Below, one piece after another: positions 18,217 to 28,303 of a DNA stretch of 64,000 nt (position 1 is its first letter; the number at the start of each line of letters is the position of its first letter). Position numbers and translations under genes: made by a program. The notes under the pieces were generated by a model. That model saw only the letters and a list, made by a program, of their open reading frames with translations, was not told the origin of the DNA and did no database searches. The stretch comes from an uncultured delta proteobacterium (GTDB lineage Bacteria; Desulfobacterota; Desulfomonilia; Desulfomonilales; Desulfomonilaceae): NCBI GenBank assembly GCA_963789265.1, contig CAWBKB010000001.1, forward strand, positions 2,240,001 through 2,304,000, in the 5' to 3' direction.

Positions 18217-19161
18217 TCATTCATTTCGAATACTGCCATGTCCCGTCTGCTTCCGAGCATGCTTGAGGAACGTCCCATTCTGGTATTCTTGAAAGGCATG
18301 CTTTAGCTCATCCCGCGTGTTCATGACGATAGGGCCGTACCAGGCAACCGGCTCACCTATGGGCCTGCCTGAGATAAGCAGAAAACGAACTTCACTCTTT
18401 TCAGCGCTCACGGACACCTCGTCGCCATCGGCGTAAAGAACAACGCTTCCATTTCCACAGAGGCAACTCCGCTTAAAGTCAAAATAATTTGACCCGATTA
18501 CCTCATGAGCATACGCATCACGGTCTTGATCGAAATAGCCTTCCCCGCGGATCACATACGCAAAAACGCTCTTCCCCCGATCCACCTGGTGGTTGAAGCT
18601 CATTCCGGGAGGAACCATGACGTCCAGGTACTCGGGATCGGTCACGATGTCTCGGACGGGCCCCTCCGTTCTGTTCACCGTTCCGCAGATTACTTTTACT
18701 TTTGTGCCATTTTGAAAAGAGATTTCGGGAACTTGCTGGCTTTTCACGTCCCGATAACGCGGGTCCATCATTTTGTGAGACTTGGGCAGATTGGCCCAGA
18801 GTTGGAATCCGTACATCCGGCCGTTTGGATCTCCTTGGGGCATTTCCTGATGTATGATTCCGTTGCCCGCGGTCATCCATTGCACGTCGCCGGCAGTAAT
18901 GACACCGCTGTTACCCATGCTGTCGCCGTGTTCGACAGTTCCCTGGAGGACGTACGTAATTGTCTCGATCCCACGGTGTGGGTGCCAAGGAAATCCCTTG
19001 ATATAGTGCTCGGGATCGTCCGAACGAAAATCGTCCAACAAGAGAAACGGATCAAACATAGAAACTTGGTTGAATCCGAAACCCCGTTTGAGATGAACCC
19101 CGGCTCCTTCAATTGTGGGTTTACTCTTCCATACCCTTCGTATCTTTCTCACTTCAGACAT
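18217..19161 (-). CDS. Pirin family protein
   Basis: DPFLLLD, GFPWHPHRGIETITY, QWMTAGNGIIHQE, GPIVMNT. Confidence 0.95.
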   Translation of the reverse strand: MSEVRKIRRVWKSKPTIEGAGVHLKRGFGFNQVSMFDPFLLLDDFRSDDPEHYIKGFPWHPHRGIETITYVLQGTVEHGDSMGNSGVITAGDVQWMTAGNGIIHQEMPQGDPNGRMYGFQLWANLPKSHKMMDPRYRDVKSQQVPEISFQNGTKVKVICGTVNRTEGPVRDIVTDPEYLDVMVPPGMSFNHQVDRGKSVFAYVIRGEGYFDQDRDAYAHEVIGSNYFDFKRSCLCGNGSVVLYADGDEVSVSAEKSEVRFLLISGRPIGEPVAWYGPIVMNTRDELKHAFQEYQNGTFLKHARKQTGHGSIRNE

Positions 19162-20164
19162 TGCCTACCTCCAGCACGATCTTTCCGATGTGCATACCGG
19201 ATTCCATCAGTGCGTGCGCTTTTGCAGCATCAGCGAGCGGAAACACCTTGAAGATAACCGGTCGGAACTTCTTCGCCTCGATCAATAGCCACACATTCTG
19301 CCTCAGGGCCGCGGCCACTGCGCTCTTGAACTCCACGCTCCGGGGGCGCAAGGTCGAGCCGGTCACGGTCAGGCGTCTCCGCAGGATCTCGCCGCAATCC
19401 ACCTCGGCCTTGCTGCCGCCAAGGAACGCAATGATCGCCAGGCGTCCGTCGTCGGCCAGGCACCTCAGCTCGCGCGGCACATAGTTACCGGCAACCATGT
19501 CCAGAATCGCATCAACACCTTTGCCGGAGGTGATCTGCTTCACCACCTTTTCAAAATCCTCTGTGCGGTGGTTGATTGCTCTTTCGGCGCCGAGTTCCTC
19601 GCAGGCCGAGCACTTCTCGGCGCTGCCCGCGGTCACGAAGACGCGATGGCCCAGCGCTCGAGCCATCTGAATCGCGGTCACTCCTATTCCGCTCGAGCCG
19701 CCTTGCACCAGCAACGTCTCGCCCGGGGCCAGTCGTCCGCGCTCAAAGACATTGATCCAGACCGTGAACATTGTCTCCGGCAGGGAAGCGGCCTCAATCG
19801 GCGTCAAACCGTGGGGCAACGGCAGACACTGGCCGGCAGGCGTCGTGCAATACTGGGCGTAACCGCCTCCCGGTGTTAACGCACAAACCTGTTCGCCGGG
19901 CTTCCATTGACTGACCCCTTCCGCACACTCGACCACGGTTCCGGCAACCTCTAGCCCGGGCAGGTCGGAATCGCCCGGCGGTGGAGGATAGTTTCCCGCG
20001 CGCTGAAAACAATCAGGGCGATTGACACCCGCGGCCGCGACACGGATCAGTACTTCGCCCGGCTTGGGTCGCGGCACCGGTCGCGTCGCGGTATTCAACA
20101 CCTCGGGCCCTCCGGGGTGCGAGATCTCAACCACTCGCATACGATCGGGAAGGCTGGAACGCAT
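19154..20164 (-). CDS. NAD(P)H:quinone oxidoreductase, PIG3 family
   Basis: AAAGVNRPD, LPGLEVAG, GGSSGIG, GSTLRPR, HIGKIVL. Confidence 0.9.
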   Translation of the reverse strand: MRSSLPDRMRVVEISHPGGPEVLNTATRPVPRPKPGEVLIRVAAAGVNRPDCFQRAGNYPPPPGDSDLPGLEVAGTVVECAEGVSQWKPGEQVCALTPGGGYAQYCTTPAGQCLPLPHGLTPIEAASLPETMFTVWINVFERGRLAPGETLLVQGGSSGIGVTAIQMARALGHRVFVTAGSAEKCSACEELGAERAINHRTEDFEKVVKQITSGKGVDAILDMVAGNYVPRELRCLADDGRLAIIAFLGGSKAEVDCGEILRRRLTVTGSTLRPRSVEFKSAVAAALRQNVWLLIEAKKFRPVIFKVFPLADAAKAHALMESGMHIGKIVLEVGNV

Positions 20165-20242
20165 TGGCTTTTCTCCTACTTGATCACTTCCTCACCGTCG
20201 ATTCGCGTTGGCTCTGATAGAGCGAAGTGGCGTCAGCACCTA

Positions 20243-21262
20243 TTAACGTTCGAGCGTAACTCGCTTCGATGTCTTGTTTGGAAATTTGTTCCTCACACGG
20301 GCTTGGGCATCAGATCCTTCAAGCACGTAGACGATTTCCTGCTTGTCTCTGAACTTTTTCACAAAACGCTGCACGTACCCTTTTCTGTCGAGCAAGAACT
20401 CCCCAATATTTTGCTCACCGGCAGGACAAACAGCCACGCATCGGTCACACCTCGTCTGCGGACAAATGGACAAATTTTGCCACATCGATATGGTTTCAGC
20501 ATCGCTCACGTGAGTTTGATACTCTTCGAAACTCTTGCTGTCCACGAGGTGTTTTACCCAGTTCACAAAATTACCGGCTCGCTCTCGGTAATTATGGATG
20601 TAGCAAGGGAAGAAGTCAAAATTACCGTTTGCGCCGATGGCCCCGGTAGGGCAAACAGAAACGCAGAGTTTGCACTCTATGCAAGGATTAAATTCCGTCG
20701 GGCCATCATAAGCGGTTAGTTCCGCTCCGATCAAGACCGTGGCAAGGACGATCCCATTCCCAAAGCGCGGGTGGATGACCATCCTGTTCCATCCCATTTG
20801 ACCGAGGCCAGCTTCCACGGCAATCGGTTTGTCCGACACGAAATGCATAACACCAGGCCAACGTTCAGCTTCGTACGGGAAGCCTGCAGAAAGATTCAGG
20901 GCAGAGATGCCCATTTCCTGGAGGTTACTAACCAAATTACTCGCAGAACCATTTGCATGTTCCCAGGTGTGATGAAACTCCAAACTGGTCAGGGAGTGAA
21001 AGACCGTCCGGAGGGCTTCTCTGTTTAGGCGAAAAGCAAGGCTTGCGATGGTCTTGGCTGTCGGCAACGCTTCAAGAATAGCGCTCTTTTGGTTCGCTAC
21101 GGCGGGGCGATCGACTTCGATGAAACGAGCGTCGGCTGCTCCCGCTTTCAGGCATAAATTTCGCAGTCGTTGAGTCTCAAGTGTCGTGGGTACTCCCGCG
21201 AATCCCTCCGAGCCTAACGAATCGTAAAACCATTTTACTGTAGGGTGATCTTTGGAATACAT
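20243..21262 (-). CDS. QueG/reductive-dehalogenase-like 2x[4Fe-4S] protein
   Basis: KPIAVEAGLG.MG.NRMVIHPRFG, CIECKLCVSVCP, CDRCVAVCP; no TAT signal; start at RBS-preceded ATG 21262. Confidence 0.7.
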   Translation of the reverse strand: MYSKDHPTVKWFYDSLGSEGFAGVPTTLETQRLRNLCLKAGAADARFIEVDRPAVANQKSAILEALPTAKTIASLAFRLNREALRTVFHSLTSLEFHHTWEHANGSASNLVSNLQEMGISALNLSAGFPYEAERWPGVMHFVSDKPIAVEAGLGQMGWNRMVIHPRFGNGIVLATVLIGAELTAYDGPTEFNPCIECKLCVSVCPTGAIGANGNFDFFPCYIHNYRERAGNFVNWVKHLVDSKSFEEYQTHVSDAETISMWQNLSICPQTRCDRCVAVCPAGEQNIGEFLLDRKGYVQRFVKKFRDKQEIVYVLEGSDAQARVRNKFPNKTSKRVTLER

Positions 21263-21270
21263 ATCGCCTC

Positions 21271-21726
21271 CTAACGATTTCGGTGCGTTTCCTTTTGAAG
21301 TGTCATGCAAGTGCTTGTGGCTTTGGCCACGAGACGCCCCTGAGAATCTGTGATATCGCATTCAACCATGCCAATGGTGCCACCCCGATTCACGATCTTC
21401 CCTTTTGCGAACAATCTTTCTTTCCAAACGGGCCTGAGGAAATTGATTTTTAATTCCAGTGTCGTGAAGGTTTCTCCACTGCCCAAAGTGCTAGCGTAGG
21501 CTGCTCCCATCGCAAGGTCGGCAAGGTCGCACAAGACCCCGCCATGTAACGTTCCCATTGGATTAAAGTGTTGAGGTCCCGCGTCGAGTTCAAGGTGGGA
21601 CTCGCCCGGTTGGACGGAGATCACTCTGAGACCTATCAACTGCGCTATGGGCGGGTCAGGCAATTCTCCTGAGATCATTTTCTGCATTCGGTCCATCATT
21701 TGCTCATCCTTTGCTGCTGATTCCAT
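21271..21726 (-). CDS. PaaI-family thioesterase
   Basis: NPMGTLHGGVLCDLAD, TTLELKINFLRP. Confidence 0.9.
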   Translation of the reverse strand: MESAAKDEQMMDRMQKMISGELPDPPIAQLIGLRVISVQPGESHLELDAGPQHFNPMGTLHGGVLCDLADLAMGAAYASTLGSGETFTTLELKINFLRPVWKERLFAKGKIVNRGGTIGMVECDITDSQGRLVAKATSTCMTLQKETHRNR

Positions 21727-21746
21727 GTTGTACTCCTCTCGATTAG

Positions 21747-21760
21747 GGTGTAAATACACC
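21747..21760. promoter_or_regulatory. Putative MarR operator upstream of the paaI-like gene
   Basis: Palindrome GGTGTAAATACACC; same 12-bp core as 22305-22316. Confidence 0.65.
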
Positions 21761-21775
21761 TATATGGACAAATAA

Positions 21776-22258
21776 TTACGTGAGAGCTGTCAGATCGGCA
21801 ATTCCCTCCAACAGAGAAGTCCAGCGGTCTTCTCCCAATTCTCCGACTACTTCAGCCTGCGCCTTTTGCCAAAGAGGGAAAGCCGCAACTAGTGCGGTGT
21901 GTCCTTGCTCGGTGAGAGACAGCTTCCGGGTGCGAAGGTCGTCACCCTGCTCTACGTCAATCATCCCTTTCTTGTTCAATAAGGAGACATTGCGGCTCAG
22001 GGTTGTTCTATCCATAACAATAGCCTTGGCGAGCCGCTTGATGGTTACCGGTTCGAGAATCCTGATAGCCGTAAGAAGAGTCATTTGGGTTACCCTCAAG
22101 CCACAGGGCTTTAGTGCGGCATCGTAAAAGCTCGTGACTCGCCTGGTGGCTTTCCGGAGATTGAAACAGGTACAGGACTTACTTATGTCTACAGCGGTAT
22201 TGAGCGGGAGTATCTCCGGATTCGCTGATACCTCTCGTTTCTTTTCAGGGTCCAACAT
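21776..22258 (-). CDS. MarR-family transcriptional regulator
   Basis: CTCFNLRKATR...MDRTTLSRN...D.R.R.LSLT..G. Confidence 0.9.
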   Translation of the reverse strand: MLDPEKKREVSANPEILPLNTAVDISKSCTCFNLRKATRRVTSFYDAALKPCGLRVTQMTLLTAIRILEPVTIKRLAKAIVMDRTTLSRNVSLLNKKGMIDVEQGDDLRTRKLSLTEQGHTALVAAFPLWQKAQAEVVGELGEDRWTSLLEGIADLTALT

Positions 22259-22302
22259 TCAACTCCGAACGATCTCGGGTGCTGACGGTTAAGCTATGTG
22301 CT

Positions 22303-22332
22303 AAGTGTAAATACACTTATACGCGTTGTCAA
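22303..22332 (-). promoter_or_regulatory. Sigma70 promoter of marR with overlapping operator
   Basis: TTGACA-N17-TACACT (22332-22304); palindrome AAGTGTAAATACACTT (22303-22318) covers the -10 box. Confidence 0.75.
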
Positions 22333-22376
22333 GAATGAGATGGAGCAGTTCCGAAATCTCCACGACGGCCGAGAAT

Positions 22377-22871
22377 TCAGGCTGCAGACTCTCGAAGAAG
22401 ATTCTCGATTTTCGAATCCAGATCCCGTGCGACTGCAAGGGCGTCCGGGTTTCCGTAGGGAGCCAGAAGGCTCGCCATCTTGTCGTACGTCAAATGCACA
22501 CCGTCCGGCCTCTCATCCACCAGAATTGTGACCGGGGCGTAAGATCCAGCGTCGGGAACATTCTTTGCCATTTCTTTCATGATTAACGGATTGCCTATCA
22601 GTAAGCGGACGATTTTCGGCGTGTCGAGCCCGGTCTCTTTACGCAGAATCGCGCCAAGATCGAGTTCCATGAACATCATCAGGCCCGTTCTGCCCAGACC
22701 TCTATGAACGGCACTTTCCAGTTCAGAGAAGGTCCGTGCATTCCTGGTCACTCCGAAGAACTCGCCCATATCAGGATGCCCAACGGCCGCTTTTAGAGCC
22801 CCCACGACCACCTCAAACGGCTTGGAAGATATCACGCTGAGCCGTTCGACCTCGAACTTTCTGATCGCCAT
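22377..22871 (-). CDS. DUF302 family protein
   Basis: LIGNPLIMKEM...AGSYAPVTILVDE. Confidence 0.8.
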   Translation of the reverse strand: MAIRKFEVERLSVISSKPFEVVVGALKAAVGHPDMGEFFGVTRNARTFSELESAVHRGLGRTGLMMFMELDLGAILRKETGLDTPKIVRLLIGNPLIMKEMAKNVPDAGSYAPVTILVDERPDGVHLTYDKMASLLAPYGNPDALAVARDLDSKIENLLRESAA

Positions 22872-22926
22872 GTTTGCTTTCCTTTCATAAAAGCGAATTA
22901 CGCGACCACGATATTGGTGATCTGAA

Positions 22927-23550
22927 TCAGTACACCAGCAGGGCCAACAGCTTCTCGGTGGTCAGGATTGCATGGGCGTAAGTCGGCCCGTTCAATTCGT
23001 GTGCGGCGTACATCCGGTCCCGGCTAAAGGCCGCTCTTGCGTCCTTCACGAGTGTGACGTGATAGCCAAGTTCGGCTGCAAAGCGACTGGTTGCTTCGAT
23101 GCACGTGTTAGCCAGCAGGCCAATCACGATTACCTGGACAATTCCCTTCTGCTTCAACAGGAAATCGAGATCCGTGTTTGCAAAGCCGCTTCCGCCCCAA
23201 TGTTGCTTGATGAGGATGTCACCCTGTTGAGGGGCGAAATCAGGATGCCATTCGCCGCCCCACGAGCCTCTCGCGAAGGCCTGCGCTTGACCTGCCGAGA
23301 TTTGATAGGGAGTCGGATGGTCCCAATCTTCATAGTCGCCCGGTTCCCACTGTCGATGCGGAACATAGAATACCTGGATGCCCGCTTTGCGGACAGCAGC
23401 GATGACGGTTCGCAAATTGTTCAGCAGCTCGACCTCCTTAGCTACGACTTCGATCCTCGACCAAAACTTGCCGCCTTCAGAGAGGAAATCATTGTAGGGG
23501 TCGACGAACAGTAGAGCCGTCTGGTCCTTGGTATAGCGGTTATCCAACAT
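22927..23550 (-). CDS. Isochorismatase-family cysteine hydrolase
   Basis: TALLFVDPYNDF, GLLANTCIEAT. Confidence 0.9.
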   Translation of the reverse strand: MLDNRYTKDQTALLFVDPYNDFLSEGGKFWSRIEVVAKEVELLNNLRTVIAAVRKAGIQVFYVPHRQWEPGDYEDWDHPTPYQISAGQAQAFARGSWGGEWHPDFAPQQGDILIKQHWGGSGFANTDLDFLLKQKGIVQVIVIGLLANTCIEATSRFAAELGYHVTLVKDARAAFSRDRMYAAHELNGPTYAHAILTTEKLLALLVY

Positions 23551-23578
23551 TTCGATTCTCCTTTTGCCGTTGAAGTAC

Positions 23579-24124
23579 TCAGGCGGAGAGTGACGGCAAT
23601 TCGGACTCTAAAGCCGCAAGCATTGAATCATAATCCGGCAAGCCGTCGTAGCGCGTTCCGTTGATAAAGAAGGTCGGGGTGCCGTTTACGCCGCTGCGGA
23701 TGCCGCTCTGGCGGTCCTCCTTAATACGGATCTGAACAACGTCTTGCTTGATATCGTTCCCGAATCTTTCCAGATCCAACCCGATTCTTTTAGCCCACGA
23801 GCGAATGATGTGCGGCTCGAGGAATATCTGCTCTTCAAAGAGCAGATCGTGCATCTCCCAAAACTTACCCTGGAGCACCGCGGCTTCCGCCGCTTCGGCC
23901 GCGATCAGGGCATAAGGGTGCGCCTGGGTCAGAGGGAAATTCCTGAACACAAATCGCAACTTCTGCCCCAATGTCTTCTGCAAGCGCTTCACGACTGGAT
24001 AGGCTGCTCCGCAGTAACGGCATTGATAATCGCCGTATTCCACCAAAGTTAAAGGCGCGTCGGCGGGTCCTTCAGCGTGGTCACGCGCTGAGATGGGCTG
24101 AGTAAGCGTGGCGGATTTGTCCAT
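23579..24124 (-). CDS. DsbA-like thioredoxin-fold protein
   Basis: EYGDYQCRYC, FRNFPL, GVNGTPTFFING. Confidence 0.9.
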   Translation of the reverse strand: MDKSATLTQPISARDHAEGPADAPLTLVEYGDYQCRYCGAAYPVVKRLQKTLGQKLRFVFRNFPLTQAHPYALIAAEAAEAAVLQGKFWEMHDLLFEEQIFLEPHIIRSWAKRIGLDLERFGNDIKQDVVQIRIKEDRQSGIRSGVNGTPTFFINGTRYDGLPDYDSMLAALESELPSLSA

Positions 24125-24148
24125 GATTCCTCCTGACTGGACATCGAA

Positions 24149-24640
24149 CTAATTTCGAGCACTGACTGCTTTTTCGCCTTTGACCATCGATTCCAAGGCT
24201 TTGAAAATGCCGTCCGCGCCCGGATTGATGCCCACCGGCGAGACGTAACTCCAACGGATGATGCCTTCGGCATCGATGACGAACAACGCCCGCTCCGACT
24301 CACCGTCTTTCTGTCGGTAGACGCCGTACTTACGGGCCACTGCACCTTTGGGCTCAAAATCCGCCAAGAGCGGAAAGTGCAATTTGCGATCTTTGCTGAA
24401 CGCAAGATGGCACCAGACGCCGTCTACCGAGATGCCTATGATTTGAGCTTCAAACTCAGAGAACTCGGGCTTCAACTCGTTGTAGAGCGCCAACTGGTCG
24501 CTGCAAACGGGACTCCAATCGGCCGGATAGAAGATCAGAACTACAGGCTGTCCGCGAAATTCGGAGAGAGATACTTTTTGATCGGGGGTGGTTGAAAGGG
24601 AAAAATCAGGGGCTTGAACTCCAGCCTTAAGAGCTGTCAT
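24149..24640 (-). CDS. Peroxiredoxin (AhpC/TSA family)
   Basis: FYPADWSPVC (PxxxSxxC), ERALFVID. Confidence 0.9.
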   Translation of the reverse strand: MTALKAGVQAPDFSLSTTPDQKVSLSEFRGQPVVLIFYPADWSPVCSDQLALYNELKPEFSEFEAQIIGISVDGVWCHLAFSKDRKLHFPLLADFEPKGAVARKYGVYRQKDGESERALFVIDAEGIIRWSYVSPVGINPGADGIFKALESMVKGEKAVSARN

Positions 24641-24696
24641 GGGATCCTCCTTATGAAGCAGCGCACATAGCACGGCTTGCGTTTTCATTGCCTTCA

Positions 24697-25602
24697 CTAG
24701 GCCCGTGCGACAGTCCGTGGTGTGAGGAGGTCATCGAGGCCTATCCGGCGGAGAAGCTCCGTTCGGACGCGATCGGCGACAGCGTTAACAACCTCACAGC
24801 CATCTTGAGATGGATCGATATGCGTCCGAAAGGGGCGTCTACCAAATGGCAGGTCAACGACTTTGACAATAGCGTCTGAGACAGCAGCAGCGTCTGCGTC
24901 AGCGGGCTCAAGAGCAGCCATGCCCCTGAGGATCTGATCTGGAATCCCGTGGTAGGGACCAGAATCGTATTCCGAGGCGCGAGTTTTGTCACGGGGGGAA
25001 CCAGCGTGCTGGTAGTGATTCGTACCCCTTGTGAACGAGCCCGGCACAATGATCGAAGTCTCGATTCCCCAACGGGTCAACTCGCTTGCGTAGCTCACCG
25101 CCAGTGAATCCATCGCGGCTTTGGCGGCGAAATAAGGCCCAAGATAAGGCGGCGTTCCCCCTCGCACGCTGCTGCTGGAGACCCACACGACCAGCCCCCT
25201 ACCTTGCTTCCGTAACTGCGGAAGGGCAGCTCGGTTGACGCGCTGGGTTCCGAGCACATTGGTGTCATAAAGCTCGGCCAGTTGATCCGGTGTGAACGCT
25301 TCGGCCGGTCCAAAAACCATGTGTCCGGCATTGTGAATTACCACATCTAGACGCCCTTCTTCCCGGATGATCGCTTGAATCGCCCCGTCACAGGATTCCT
25401 GCGAGGAAACATCGAGTTCGATAGTCCGCAGGTCGACGAGGTTGTCGGCTGCATACTCCTGTATTTCCTTGACCTTTGACGCATTGTGGCCTTTTATTTC
25501 GCGCATGCTCGCATACACAGTGTGGCCCGCACGGGCCAACGCCCGCGCCGCGAGGGCACCGAAACCACTGGATGAACCGGTGATGACAATGATGCTCTTC
25601 AT
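24697..25602 (-). CDS. Short-chain dehydrogenase/reductase
   Basis: TGSSSGFG, HNAG, YFAAK. Confidence 0.9.
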   Translation of the reverse strand: MKSIIVITGSSSGFGALAARALARAGHTVYASMREIKGHNASKVKEIQEYAADNLVDLRTIELDVSSQESCDGAIQAIIREEGRLDVVIHNAGHMVFGPAEAFTPDQLAELYDTNVLGTQRVNRAALPQLRKQGRGLVVWVSSSSVRGGTPPYLGPYFAAKAAMDSLAVSYASELTRWGIETSIIVPGSFTRGTNHYQHAGSPRDKTRASEYDSGPYHGIPDQILRGMAALEPADADAAAVSDAIVKVVDLPFGRRPFRTHIDPSQDGCEVVNAVADRVRTELLRRIGLDDLLTPRTVARA

Positions 25603-25680
25603 GGCCGCTCTCCTATATAGGCGAATTAGTCTCTTACACGGATCACAAATTTCATTTCACAAGCGGTGTGCTCGGAGGTC

Positions 25681-26415
25681 TCACGCAAAGCCTCCGTTGG
25701 CACGCAGGACCTGCCCATTGACCCAGCCGCCGTCGGGGCCAGCGAGAAACGAAACTACGTTGGCGATGTCTTCAGGTTGGCCGAGGCGTTCGAGAGGAGG
25801 AACTTTGCTGAGTTCCTCGATTTGAGCATCGGTTTTGCCTTTGGTGAATAAGTCCGTTGCCACTGGACCTGGTGCCACTGCGTTTACGGAGATATTGCGC
25901 CCCCGCAGTTCATTGGCGAGCACGTGAATAAGTCCCTCAACGCCCGCTTTCGAGGCAATATAGGGACCGTAAGTCGGGAATGCCTTCGCGATGACACTAC
26001 TCGAAAACGCTATAACGCGCCCGCCAGCAGAAACATGCAGGGCTGCCTGTTTCAGGACCACGAAAGTTCCGCGCAGGTTGGTGCCGATCACCCGGTCGAA
26101 GATTTCGAGGTCGCCTTCGTCGATGCGCAATAAGGGCATAATGGCTGCGCAGTGCACCACAACGTCGATTCTGCCGAAGGTATCTAGAGTTTGCTTGAAG
26201 AGATGCTCTACATCGGCAGCGTCCGCAACATCTGCCTGCACGGCAATGGCCTGTCCCCTGGCTGCCTTGATGTCGGCTACGGCTTTTTCAGCTTTCTCGG
26301 CGTTGCCTGAATAGTGCGCCACAATCGCAAAGCCGTCATGTGCAAGCCGTGTCGCGACAGCCCGCCCTATGCCTCCCGATGCTCCTGTGACAATTGCAAC
26401 CTTATTATTCTCCAT
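25681..26415 (-). CDS. Short-chain dehydrogenase/reductase
   Basis: TGASGGIG, YIASK, VNAVAPGP, GQVLRANGG. Confidence 0.9.
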   Translation of the reverse strand: MENNKVAIVTGASGGIGRAVATRLAHDGFAIVAHYSGNAEKAEKAVADIKAARGQAIAVQADVADAADVEHLFKQTLDTFGRIDVVVHCAAIMPLLRIDEGDLEIFDRVIGTNLRGTFVVLKQAALHVSAGGRVIAFSSSVIAKAFPTYGPYIASKAGVEGLIHVLANELRGRNISVNAVAPGPVATDLFTKGKTDAQIEELSKVPPLERLGQPEDIANVVSFLAGPDGGWVNGQVLRANGGFA

Positions 26416-26438
26416 TTCAATACCTTACTCTTTCTTAT

Positions 26439-28048
26439 GGGTGCCGCTACTTTCTGTCAGGAGTTATGCGGCACGCGGTAGTTCTTGATCCCGGATCTCG
26501 GGAGAGTTTGTATCTTCGATGCCGTAGAGGCGTCGCCTCTCCGATCTTCGTCTATAATTCCAAAAGAGATCCCAGTCGTTGTTGATGTGAACGGCCCTCA
26601 GGTGGATCATGCTTTCCGCTCCATGGATCGTCCAACTCATCCCCGTGAGTTCCAATCTGTCGTTGATGAGGTTGCGACATGCTCCTTCAATGACCCCGCT
26701 GCCGATGGGATAGCCTTTTGCCAAGCAGATTTCGTACCGCATGTGCTTGCGGTTTCGTTGGAGATACCCGATGACTTGTTCGATGCAATGTTTCTTGGCG
26801 CCGGAGAGTTCCTGCTTGGTTAGCATCTGCTTGAGCCCGCCGATAAGCCTGCCGGCCCTGCCGCCCAGGAGCATTCTCAATCTCTCCGTCACGAATTCTC
26901 TGGCTTGCGGGCTGCCCTCGTCATAAAAGCAAAGAGCGGCTTTCCCCAAGTGTTCCAGGACGTGAAAGATGTCCAGCACGAAAAAGGCTGCAGGAAAATA
27001 TGCGCATACCAGTGCCCAGAGAGAACGCTCTCCGTCCAGGATACAGACCAGCTCGTTACCTTTCGGCAATCGCTGTTCGACAGCCTTCTTCAGGCGGGCC
27101 ACCGTCTTTTCCGAACCATCGGTGAGGCTGCCCCACGTAAGCTTGTCCTGGGGTTTGGGCCTGGAATCGAAACTACCCTCGTCCGATACCTCACGGACAA
27201 TGTCGTCCTCCGTGCGGACGTAACGTGGAGTGACGTAGGTGGAGATCACGGTTGCCATCTTCTTCTTTCCGGGCTTGTCGGGATCAACGGAGACCCTCTC
27301 GGGACCGGCCCCGCCTTCCTGGGGCTTACGAATAACCACCCCCTTCTTGTCTACGGTAGCGACCGTTACCACAGCATCCGGACAAAGATCCGGCGGGGCC
27401 TTCTCTGCGTAGTATCGATCCACCTCGTCGCAGACGTCTCCCACAATGCTCTCCAGTGAACGAATTGGCATCCTTACGGGAAAGAAGGAACGAAAAATCT
27501 CCTCCGCATCCTCGTAGCTCATCGAAACCGCAAGCCGGGAAGAGAACTCCTGAACCAGGTATGAATAGCCTCTCTCAGGCAAGTTGATCTCTCCATCCAA
27601 AGGAAAGACTCCCGGTGAGCCGGTTGCGTGATAGTAGGCTCTCCGGATGGATATCGTTCCAAAGATGGACCGATATGCACATCCCCTGTCACGAACATAT
27701 GGCAATCGATGGCCCTGGGGTTCGATGATCTCCTTGCCGGCATATCCGGTCCCCTTTTCAGACACAAATTCTTCAAGAGCCGCTTTCCCGACCGCCATCA
27801 CCATGGGAAGAAGCTGCCTTTCTACTTCCCCGATTTCCATTCCTTGCGCTGACTCTCGCACAAAGGCGAGAATCTCATTGACCAGCGAGATTATGTTCGG
27901 TATTCCTTGTTCCATATCCGGTCCTCCCCAGCGGATACATCGTTCGCCAAACGTCATGTACCCCATAAGAGGACCGGAAACCACTCCTTTCTCCGTGCTA
28001 TCTACTCGTTTTTACTTGAGCCACTCATGACAAGAAATCGCGGCACCC
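26439..28048 (-). mobile_element. ISKra4-family insertion sequence (1,610 bp)
   Basis: Imperfect TIRs GGGTGCCGCTACTTTCTGTCAGGAGT / GGGTGCCGCGATTTCTTGTCATGAGT; 9-bp direct repeat CTTTCTTAT (26430-26438, 28049-28057). Confidence 0.9.
26464..27915 (-). CDS. ISKra4-family DDE transposase
   Basis: YRSIFG.I...R.YY, VDKKGV, LDGE..LW, LDIFHVLEHL, GYPIGSGVIEGACR...GMSW. Confidence 0.9.
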   Translation of the reverse strand: MEQGIPNIISLVNEILAFVRESAQGMEIGEVERQLLPMVMAVGKAALEEFVSEKGTGYAGKEIIEPQGHRLPYVRDRGCAYRSIFGTISIRRAYYHATGSPGVFPLDGEINLPERGYSYLVQEFSSRLAVSMSYEDAEEIFRSFFPVRMPIRSLESIVGDVCDEVDRYYAEKAPPDLCPDAVVTVATVDKKGVVIRKPQEGGAGPERVSVDPDKPGKKKMATVISTYVTPRYVRTEDDIVREVSDEGSFDSRPKPQDKLTWGSLTDGSEKTVARLKKAVEQRLPKGNELVCILDGERSLWALVCAYFPAAFFVLDIFHVLEHLGKAALCFYDEGSPQAREFVTERLRMLLGGRAGRLIGGLKQMLTKQELSGAKKHCIEQVIGYLQRNRKHMRYEICLAKGYPIGSGVIEGACRNLINDRLELTGMSWTIHGAESMIHLRAVHINNDWDLFWNYRRRSERRRLYGIEDTNSPEIRDQELPRAA

Positions 28049-28205
28049 CTTTCTTATGCATGCTTCCGCTTAGGCGGGGAACTCGAGCAACTCCGGCACT
28101 GTCACCACCGAGCGCCAGGCACCTATGCGTACGCCCCTACGTGGTGATTTTCTTGCGTTAGACGGATTACAAGCAATTTACCTCTTTTCTTCCGCCCTAC
28201 TTTAT

Positions 28206-28303
28206 AGCTCCAAATAACACTCGGCCTAAAATGTTCGCCAATTTGGCTCATTCCCCAATTTAGCCCTTTAGTCTGTAGATGCACCGATGGCAAAGAAGGT
28301 TCT
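28206..28303 (-). promoter_or_regulatory. Conserved leader copy 1 with ECF-like promoter (SDR operon)
   Basis: GAACCT-N17-TCTAC followed by GCCAAATTG...TTTAGGCCGAGTG; homologous to the copies at ~29750 and ~33200. Confidence 0.6.

Noticed and set aside
20243..21262. Respiratory reductive dehalogenase rdhA
   Set aside because: No TAT signal, no rdhB-like anchor gene, and the protein is short.
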